A stretch of DNA of 32,000 bases from Candidatus Nanoarchaeia archaeon. Lineage in GTDB: Archaea; Nanobdellota; Nanobdellia; Woesearchaeales; JANQNC01. Made by a program: the position numbers and the translations under genes. The notes under the pieces were generated by a model. It searched no databases. It had not been told where the DNA came from and saw nothing but the letters and a program-made list of their open reading frames with translations. Positions 8,966 to 14,817 of the stretch are shown here, piece by piece. Each line of letters starts with the position of its first letter. The first letter of the stretch is position 1. The stretch is taken from assembly GCA_028279745.1 (NCBI GenBank), contig JANQNC010000001.1, forward strand, positions 810,001-842,000, written 5' to 3'.

Positions 8966-9291
8966 AATTTATGATATTAGTGGGAATATTAGTTTTAATT
9001 GTAGGATGTACAACTGTGGAAGATACAAAAGATGAAAGTCTAGTTGGAGAAACTCAACTAATCACAGTAGAAGAACTAGAAACACATAATGCCGAAGAAG
9101 ACTGTTGGATAGGATATGAAGGAAAAGTATATGACTTAACTGGTGCAGACATTCATCCAAACATGGCAAAAACATTCTGGAGCCATTGTGGAACTGTAGA
9201 CAGTTTTGAAATTGCAGCAAAAGCAAGACATTCTGGAAGCAGTGAGAACCGAGTTGCTAACTATGGAGACTTAGTTGGTGAGATAGAGTAA
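8962..9291 (+). CDS. lipoprotein with cytochrome b5-like heme-binding domain
   Basis: ATGA overlap with DJ-1 and GGAGG 8 nt upstream. Signal peptide plus lipobox (LIVGC). TVEELETHNAEEDCWIGYEGKVYDLTG...HP matches the cyt-b5 domain start. Confidence 0.55.
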   Translation: MKFMILVGILVLIVGCTTVEDTKDESLVGETQLITVEELETHNAEEDCWIGYEGKVYDLTGADIHPNMAKTFWSHCGTVDSFEIAAKARHSGSSENRVANYGDLVGEIE

Positions 9292-9315
9292 TAAAAAAAA
9301 TAAATAAAGAAAAAC

Positions 9316-9416
9316 CCTGGAAAAACGAAGTTTTTCTGGGCACAACGAAACTAAGTTTCGTGTGCAAGAAAATTTAAAATTTTCTCTGCACAGAAAATCT
9401 TTCAGATTTTCTTGTG
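9316..9416. repeat. four directly abutting related palindromic hairpins, a possible bidirectional terminator array
   Basis: H1 9316-9340, H2 9341-9364, H3 9365-9388, H4 9389-9416. Each has a 10-12 bp stem, a 3-nt loop and one bulge or wobble near the base. Shared arms are CACA-GAAAA...TTTTC-TGTG. The array sits between convergent genes. Confidence 0.7.
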
Positions 9417-9419
9417 AAT

Positions 9420-10682
9420 CTATAACTGGTTAACAGTTAAGATATTAATTCTTGTTTCTTGTGGTTTGACTTTTGAATCTGAACCAATTATGTGCTTAAC
9501 AGATGTTCTTTCTGCAACACCAATCAATGGTTTATCAACACTGCCATCCAATACAACAGCATAGATTCCAGATCCTAAAGATTTAATCGTAGATTCAAGC
9601 TCAGTAATAGGAACTTTTCCTAAAATGTTAAGCTTGTTGTCCAAGATATAAGCACCTTTAGTTCCGATCAAGTCTTCAAGCATCTCTTTAAAAGCTTTCT
9701 TTTCACTCTCTGAAACAGCAACTCTTCTAGGTGCTGCAGCTTGATAAGGTCTTCTTGCTTGAGGTGCAGAAGATCTTTGCGGTGCTGTCCTTTGTGCAGG
9801 TGCAGCTCTCTGTTGAGGTCTCAAACTAGTTCTAGGTTCAGGTTTCTTATTGGTAAGTTCCATCTCAGCTTGTTCAGCAGAGATTCTTCCTCTAAGAGCT
9901 TTATGAATCTCTTTCTTAGTTATTTCCTCAACTTCTTTACCGTCAGGAGCTTTAGCTACGAAGTCAATCTCAGCGGCGTCAAGCAATCCTTTGATTATAA
10001 GGTCTCCACCTCTGTCTCCATCAACGAAAACAGTTATGGTCTTCTTCTTGCTTAACTCAACAATTGTCTTAGGAACTCCTGTGCCATTCAAAGCGATTAC
10101 GTTCTTGAAACCATGCTTCAATAAGTTAAGAACATCCGCTCTTCCTTCAACAACAACTATCTCATCAGATTCGTCAATAGTTGGGCCTGCTGAAAGTCTT
10201 TCAGTTCCGTACTCTGTAGCTTCCATAACTCTAACTGAGTAAGCTACTTCGTCTGCCAATTCTTGTGAATCAGGCATAGAGCCTTCCATCAGTTCTCTAA
10301 GAAGCTCTTTAGCTCTTGAAACAACTGCTTCTCTCTTGCTAATCCTTACGTCTTCAATCTTGTCAACTTTAACCTTAGCATTACAAGGGCCAATTCTTTG
10401 TATAATTTCCAATGAAGCTCCAACAATAACTGTTTCAGCCTTGTCCAAGCTTGAAGGAATAATGATTGTACCTGATGTCTTTCCTGCTCTGGTTTCAGTG
10501 TTAACTTCAATTCTTCCTATTCTTCCACTTCGTTGTAATTCTCTTAATTCTAAGTCTGCTCCAAGCAAACCTTCTGTCTGTCCGAAAACAGCTCCGATTA
10601 TGTCTGGTCTGTCAACCACGCCTTCGATGTTTATTGTTGCGTGGATTACATATTTTGATGATACTGGGCTTATTTTAGCCAT
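9420..10682 (-). CDS. dnaG: archaeal DnaG (Toprim) primase / exosome-associated protein
   Basis: The N-terminus KYVIHATINIEGVVDRPDIIGAVFGQTEGLLGADLELRELQRSGRIGRI is the hallmark of archaeal DnaG. Toprim elements are VVVEGRADV and VFVDGDRGGD. GGAGG lies upstream. Confidence 0.9.
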   Translation of the reverse strand: MAKISPVSSKYVIHATINIEGVVDRPDIIGAVFGQTEGLLGADLELRELQRSGRIGRIEVNTETRAGKTSGTIIIPSSLDKAETVIVGASLEIIQRIGPCNAKVKVDKIEDVRISKREAVVSRAKELLRELMEGSMPDSQELADEVAYSVRVMEATEYGTERLSAGPTIDESDEIVVVEGRADVLNLLKHGFKNVIALNGTGVPKTIVELSKKKTITVFVDGDRGGDLIIKGLLDAAEIDFVAKAPDGKEVEEITKKEIHKALRGRISAEQAEMELTNKKPEPRTSLRPQQRAAPAQRTAPQRSSAPQARRPYQAAAPRRVAVSESEKKAFKEMLEDLIGTKGAYILDNKLNILGKVPITELESTIKSLGSGIYAVVLDGSVDKPLIGVAERTSVKHIIGSDSKVKPQETRINILTVNQL

Positions 10683-10964
10683 TTTTTTTGCCTCCTTATA
10701 TTCCTATGAAGGTCGTATCAGAAAAAGTATCGTGATATAGTTATATCTTAACAGCAAGAGACTAAAGTTTCTTGATGTGATTCCAATGAATGTGATACTG
10801 TGCTTAGAACGTATAGAACCTGAAAAAATTTGTTTGGTTAATATTGATTTAAACCAGTTTATTAGTGAATATGAAGTTTAAATGTGAATATTTGTTCATT
10901 ACGTCCTTATTTTCTTGATTAATGACCTTTTAGGTTTTGTTTTTTCGTTTAAATTGATTATAAT

Positions 10965-11132
10965 GTTTTGGAGCCCGAAACACTAACTCCCAAGCTCATA
11001 GCTTGACTTTCGTCGTATGCTCCATTGAGTACTCTCGCGTCGGGCTTTAATTTGTAAAGATTTCGTCATTTACCTGCCGAAAACGGCTTTGAAGGCAAAT
11101 TCAGGCTTCTTTACCATAGCTTTACGCTATAA
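10965..11132. ncRNA. candidate structured RNA or element (unclassified, strand unresolved)
   Basis: A GC-enriched patch in a 429-nt AT-rich spacer. A 7-bp closing stem, AGCCCGA (10972-10978) / TCGGGCT (11040-11046), encloses the hairpins AAGCT-CAT-AGCTT and GAC-TTTC-GTC. Further hairpins are GCCG-AAAA-CGGC (11075-11086) and ATAGC-TTTAC-GCTAT (11117-11131). On the minus strand, GAC-GAAA-GUC carries a GNRA tetraloop and AUAGC-GUAAA-GCUAU a GNRA-like 5-nt loop. No ORF. Confidence 0.3.
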
Positions 11133-11169
11133 TGTTGTAATAGTTAGGTTGTTTTTAAATGTTTGTTTA

Positions 11170-11424
11170 TCAAAATAATTTATCATAAATATTTTTTACT
11201 TTACATGCTAAGGCACCTGTTATTGCGCCTGCAGTTCCTCCAAGACCTGTTGTTATGTTTATTTTTGTAAGAGCTTCAAGGTTGGTGTGGTATTCACCTA
11301 ACACTTCGTGTAAACCTAAAGCGCCTCCAATAATACAACCTGCAGCAAATCCTCTTTTAACCCACTTTTGGTAATTTGGGGTTTGTTGACTTCTGGGCAC
11401 TGCATAAACTTCTTTTGTTTCCAT
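11170..11424 (-). CDS. cassette protein P6: small two-helix glycine-zipper membrane protein
   Basis: GFAAGCIIGGALG and GLGGTAGAITGALA are GxxxG/A ladders. Start moved to the second ATG (11424, METKEV) because GAGGT lies 7 nt upstream of it but only 1 nt from the ATG at 11430. Confidence 0.6.
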   Translation of the reverse strand: METKEVYAVPRSQQTPNYQKWVKRGFAAGCIIGGALGLHEVLGEYHTNLEALTKINITTGLGGTAGAITGALACKVKNIYDKLF

Positions 11425-11456
11425 TTTCATTACCTCTTGTTGATACTTGATTTTGT

Positions 11457-12134
11457 TTATCTATAATTACGTAAACTTTCAAGTGATTCTCTTACTTGAG
11501 GGGGGAATCTTTCCTCAAGCACTTTGGTGTTGCCTTGGTTAGCTATTTGAAAAGTTGATCTGCCTTTGTATGCTACTGTTGAGTTGCCTTCAAAACCTCT
11601 ACCTGAAAGGTTTTTACAGTATCCAATCATCAATCCATCCTTATTTTGATGGGCTATTTTTGTTAGATTGTCCAAATTAACCACAGCAAGGCCATTTCTA
11701 TTGTAAACTTCTACTTTTTTCTTTTCAGTGGTGCTGTTTTGATGGGTGTTGATTATTTTATATGCACCAACTGCGATAACTACTGCTGCTAAACTTGTTA
11801 ATGCAACTCGTTTTAATGTTGATTTGTAAGCTTTATCACCGTCGTTATAGTGTGGTGTTTGATTGTTTTCTTGATCTTCTTTTAGTTGGCTTCTTTTAGA
11901 AACATAATTCTTGATTGTATCTACACCTGCACCAATACCTGCTCCAATGGCACCAATACCTCCTGCACCTATTATACCTGAGATTGTGGAAAGCATGATT
12001 CTAAATTGTAGAGGTATACCTTCTGTACCACTCCACTCTTTACTTGCCATTAATCCAAATCCAGTCAAGCCACCTAGCACACCTCCTGTTTGTGCGCCAG
12101 CAAATTCGTCTTTCTTTTCTTGATTATTTTCCAT
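11457..12134 (-). CDS. cassette protein P5: glycine-zipper hairpin + TM + C-terminal sequon-rich domain
   Basis: The glycine-zipper hairpin is GGVLGGLTGFGL and GIIGAGGIGAIGAGIGAG. A basic loop and a third TM (VALTSLAAVVIAVGAY) follow. The roughly 90-aa C-terminal domain has 4 N-x-S/T sequons and the motif RGFEGNSTV, shared with P2. GAGGTGA lies 7 nt upstream. Confidence 0.65.
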   Translation of the reverse strand: MENNQEKKDEFAGAQTGGVLGGLTGFGLMASKEWSGTEGIPLQFRIMLSTISGIIGAGGIGAIGAGIGAGVDTIKNYVSKRSQLKEDQENNQTPHYNDGDKAYKSTLKRVALTSLAAVVIAVGAYKIINTHQNSTTEKKKVEVYNRNGLAVVNLDNLTKIAHQNKDGLMIGYCKNLSGRGFEGNSTVAYKGRSTFQIANQGNTKVLEERFPPQVRESLESLRNYR

Positions 12135-12140
12135 TTTTTA

Positions 12141-12794
12141 TCACCTCTTATTATACTTTGAAAAGTTCATAATTCTTCTTAAAGTGTGGTAGTCTGATCC
12201 GCCGATTACAAATGAGTTTTTGTAGTCGTTAACTGGGAACATTCCATTGATTGTATCTATATCTTTGATTTCTGGAGAGTCAATGTCTGAAACATCGTGC
12301 TTAACAACAATTGATTCAACTCCTTTGAAATTTCTATTGAAATCTTTAATGAAATCTAGATCATCACTTTGAATTTTGGTGTTAGTGTTGCTATTTTCCA
12401 GCATCACTTCATAATTACTGATATCTTTTGCACTTACTATTACATCTTCAGGATGGTTTATTTTCTCTCTAGGATCTTGGTTTTCATAACGTATTGTCAT
12501 AAATGCTCCTTTTGGAACTGGGGCGTATTCTTCAGTTCTTGATTGGCCTTGTCTGTAAATATCTACGCTATCTTTTGATGCAGATGCATTTTCAATTGCT
12601 GATGATTGATTTGTTGCACATGTAATTGGTTGTGGTGTTTTTTCCATTTTATCCTCTTGCTGTTCATTGACTATCTTGGTCTGAACGCAGTTTTCTAATG
12701 ATCTTGAATCCAAAAATTCATTGACTGACCCAGTGGTATTGAGGTCTATTATTAAGTTTGTTATTACATCCTTAGGAATTTCTGGTTTTTTCAT
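12141..12794 (-). CDS. cassette protein P4: soluble 217-aa hypothetical protein
   Basis: No hydrophobic segment and no recognised motif. GAGGT lies 6 nt upstream of the ATG. There is a 13-nt gap to P3 and a 6-nt gap to P5. Confidence 0.55.
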   Translation of the reverse strand: MKKPEIPKDVITNLIIDLNTTGSVNEFLDSRSLENCVQTKIVNEQQEDKMEKTPQPITCATNQSSAIENASASKDSVDIYRQGQSRTEEYAPVPKGAFMTIRYENQDPREKINHPEDVIVSAKDISNYEVMLENSNTNTKIQSDDLDFIKDFNRNFKGVESIVVKHDVSDIDSPEIKDIDTINGMFPVNDYKNSFVIGGSDYHTLRRIMNFSKYNKR

Positions 12795-12807
12795 GTTTTT
12801 ACCTCGT

Positions 12808-13272
12808 TTAATTGTTATAACCTAAAGACCCTAAAAACATTTTTCTGGTGTCTTCATCTTTAATTTTTCCACTCATCTCCGCAACAATACATTCAGAAGG
12901 TGGGCCTGCTATCTTTGAGATGTATGCAAACTCATAGAAATTTCCAGATTTACATAAATCATTGTATACTTCTGAAACTAAGTGTTGGGGAAAAATTGGG
13001 TCCACATTTGTTTTTCTAGTTAAATCACGTATTGAACAACCATCCCTTTGTTTAAGCAGCTGTTGCTGTGCAGTTCTTACTTGACCTGGCGAAGGTTCAA
13101 CTTTTGGGTTAAGATCATACAATCTTTTGAACCACAAAGGTTTTTCTTCTTTTAGAAGTATTTCATACCCTCTTCGCACAGTTTCATTTGAAACTTTAAC
13201 TCCGTGCAGCTCGTTAATCAAGCCACAACTGATAAGGTTTAACTGTTCTTGTTGTGATGGTTTTCTTCTCAT
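12808..13272 (-). CDS. cassette protein P3: soluble 154-aa hypothetical protein
   Basis: GAGGT lies 6 nt upstream and overlaps the P2 stop. A weak internal duplication is possible (VRRGYEILLK...F...PSPGQV versus VSEVYNDLCK...F...PSECIV). No family recognised. Confidence 0.55.
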   Translation of the reverse strand: MRRKPSQQEQLNLISCGLINELHGVKVSNETVRRGYEILLKEEKPLWFKRLYDLNPKVEPSPGQVRTAQQQLLKQRDGCSIRDLTRKTNVDPIFPQHLVSEVYNDLCKSGNFYEFAYISKIAGPPSECIVAEMSGKIKDEDTRKMFLGSLGYNN

Positions 13273-13275
13273 GTT

Positions 13276-13602
13276 TTAACCTCGGGGAATCATTACGGGA
13301 AATTTAATGCTATAGTTGTCTTTGCTAAATTTAGAATCTGCTTTATCTGCTTCTCTAAATATCTTTTCAACGATGTGTTTTCCTTTTACCATCATTGACA
13401 TGTAAGCATTTTGAGCTTCTGATAGCATTCCAGCTTCTTTCTTTTCGTTGTCTTTTGCGAAATACATTCCTGTAGTTGCATCATGGTAAACTGTGCTATT
13501 GTCTTCAAATCCTTTCTTCTGTAGACTTGTGTAAACGCCACCTAATATTTTGTGGTCTTTGATGTCTTCAAGTTGAATTTTTGCGTTTGGTTTTTCTGCC
13601 AT
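13276..13602 (-). CDS. cassette protein P2: 108-aa protein sharing a domain with the P5 C-terminus
   Basis: KKGFEDNSTVYH aligns with P5 RGFEGNSTVAY, about 12 identities over 35 aa. AGAGGTGTAAAAAAAATG upstream is nearly identical to the P1 initiation region. Confidence 0.6.
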   Translation of the reverse strand: MAEKPNAKIQLEDIKDHKILGGVYTSLQKKGFEDNSTVYHDATTGMYFAKDNEKKEAGMLSEAQNAYMSMMVKGKHIVEKIFREADKADSKFSKDNYSIKFPVMIPRG

Positions 13603-13607
13603 TTTTT

Positions 13608-14063
13608 TTACACCTCTATCTTATCGATGGTTTTGTTGAGCTGGTAAGCAGCTAACATTCCTACAAGATTCTTCCTAGCTTCATCAGGTAGATCTCTTAC
13701 AGTGTCTACTTTTGACTGTGCCATGCTGTTTAATCTTCCGAGGATTGTGTTGTATATCTTACTCGTTCTATTAACAACTCTTTCACCGCTTTCTAAGACA
13801 TTATCTTCTCCGTATTGTTTTTCTGCAATCTTTTCAAAAGCTTCATTATCTGCTTCCATTTTGCTGTTTATAGAATTGATGTACTTGGGGGTAAGTTCTA
13901 CTTGTGTTAGTGAGTTAGCTAACCCTCGCATAATGTCTTTTGGGTTTTCAACAAAAGTTTGTTTAGCTTTTGTCTTAAGGTATTGTGCTGTTGCTTGTAC
14001 TAAGCAGGTAAGGTAACTTTGGGCCTGAATTTCAGCACCCTTGTTTTCGGATTGATTTTCCAT
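13608..14063 (-). CDS. cassette protein P1: 151-aa predicted all-helical hypothetical protein
   Basis: First gene of the cassette, with GAGGTG 7 nt upstream of the ATG. No TM and no recognised motif. Confidence 0.55.
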   Translation of the reverse strand: MENQSENKGAEIQAQSYLTCLVQATAQYLKTKAKQTFVENPKDIMRGLANSLTQVELTPKYINSINSKMEADNEAFEKIAEKQYGEDNVLESGERVVNRTSKIYNTILGRLNSMAQSKVDTVRDLPDEARKNLVGMLAAYQLNKTIDKIEV

Positions 14064-14120
14064 TTTTTTACACCTCTTTTCCCTTTGTGGGATTTTCTAT
14101 ATGGGGTAATGTATAACTGA

Positions 14121-14133
14121 TATATAAACCTTT
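14121..14133 (-). promoter_or_regulatory. BRE/TATA box of the six-gene cassette
   Basis: The minus strand reads AAAGGTTTATATA, identical to the 13-mer at 1481-1493. It lies about 60 nt upstream of ATG 14063, implying a leader of roughly 35 nt carrying the GAGGTG SD. Confidence 0.5.
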
Positions 14134-14180
14134 CTTTTTTTAGTCACTGTTAAGTGGTAAAAAATGACCATTAAACAGCC

Positions 14181-14195
14181 AAAGCTTTATAAATA
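14181..14195 (+). promoter_or_regulatory. BRE/TATA box for the M50 protease gene
   Basis: AAAGCTTTATAAATA, with the TATA centre about 26 nt before ATG 14216 (leaderless). Confidence 0.5.
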
Positions 14196-14215
14196 ACAGA
14201 AAGGCTCTGAGAAGC

Positions 14216-14782
14216 ATGATATTCACACTTAGAGAGCTTTTAGATGCAGTATTAATGGTGGCAGTCATAGGATTCATATTCAAAGACTACTTCAAAATAA
14301 GACGATTCAACAGAGAAGGGATACCGATAGAAAACAAGCAAAGATTCAAACCATTTCTAATGGCGATAGCAGTGACAGCACCTGCCATAATAATACACGA
14401 GCTAGGACACAAACTAGTAGCGATGAGTTATGGGCTGCAAGCTACTTTCCACGCACACTACCCTGGACTGGGTATTGGGTTGGCACTAAAATTGATAGGA
14501 TCACCATTCTTATTCTTCATACCTGCATTCGTACAAACCTCGGGAACAATTTCAGGAATACCAACAGCACTAATAGCATTTGCAGGGCCAGCTGTAAATT
14601 TAGTTTTATGGTTGGTGTCTAAGATTGTTCTAGCTAAAGCTAAAAACTTATCAAAAGAATGGAAAATATTTTTATTATTAACAAGAAAAATTAATGGGTT
14701 CTTGTTCATAATAAACATGATACCTATCCCCGGATTTGACGGATTCAAAGTATTTACCTCAATAGCAGAGGTAATAATGTAA
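14216..14782 (+). CDS. site-2 protease (peptidase M50) family intramembrane metalloprotease
   Basis: HExxH within a TM (IIHELGHKLVA) and the second signature NMIPIPGFDG (NxxPxxxxDG). A polytopic 188-aa protein. Confidence 0.8.
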   Translation: MIFTLRELLDAVLMVAVIGFIFKDYFKIRRFNREGIPIENKQRFKPFLMAIAVTAPAIIIHELGHKLVAMSYGLQATFHAHYPGLGIGLALKLIGSPFLFFIPAFVQTSGTISGIPTALIAFAGPAVNLVLWLVSKIVLAKAKNLSKEWKIFLLLTRKINGFLFIINMIPIPGFDGFKVFTSIAEVIM

Positions 14783-14795
14783 AGCTTTATTAATA
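14781..14795 (+). promoter_or_regulatory. BRE/TATA box for secF-secD
   Basis: AAAGCTTTATTAATA, about 28 nt before ATG 14818. Confidence 0.45.
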
Positions 14796-14817
14796 AAAAC
14801 CGAATAATCCAACAAAG

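Noticed and set aside
9316-9416. The hairpin array as a mini-CRISPR.
   Set aside because: The units are palindromic but not identical. They abut with no spacers, there are only four of them, and no leader or cas genes are nearby.
9715-9856. The GC-rich island inside dnaG as a hidden RNA gene.
   Set aside because: It lies in-frame within an uninterrupted, well-supported CDS and translates into a coherent P/A/Q/R-rich linker. No independent promoter or stable stem pattern was seen.
10990-11030. The minus-strand GACGAAAGUCAAGC...CGGGCUCC resembles the RNase P RNA CR-I motif (GAGGAAAGUCCGGGCUCC).
   Set aside because: The two halves are separated by about 27 nt. GAC-GAAA-GUC forms a local hairpin instead of P4. 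The whole GC-rich patch (about 170 nt) is too short, and the other conserved regions were not found.
10972-11046. A 75-nt element with a 7-bp closing stem and tRNA-like size, considered as a tRNA, tRNA half or pseudo-tRNA.
   Set aside because: No D-loop GG, no T-loop (GTTCRANYC-like) and no 7-nt anticodon loop can be placed on either strand. The internal hairpins have 3-4 nt loops.
11170-14076. The strong GAGGT(G) Shine-Dalgarno sites of the cassette as a signature of foreign (viral or bacterial) origin.
   Set aside because: GGAGG-type SDs also precede clearly native genes in this window (8962, 10682, 18947, 19639, 28912, 31104). The cassette also uses the same BRE/TATA word as core genes, and its base composition does not visibly differ.
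10741-14215. The cassette as an integrated mobile element flanked by att direct repeats.
   Set aside because: Only a 7-mer (AATGACC) is shared between the two flanks. No integrase, transposase or tRNA target is adjacent. This cannot be excluded without a proper repeat search.
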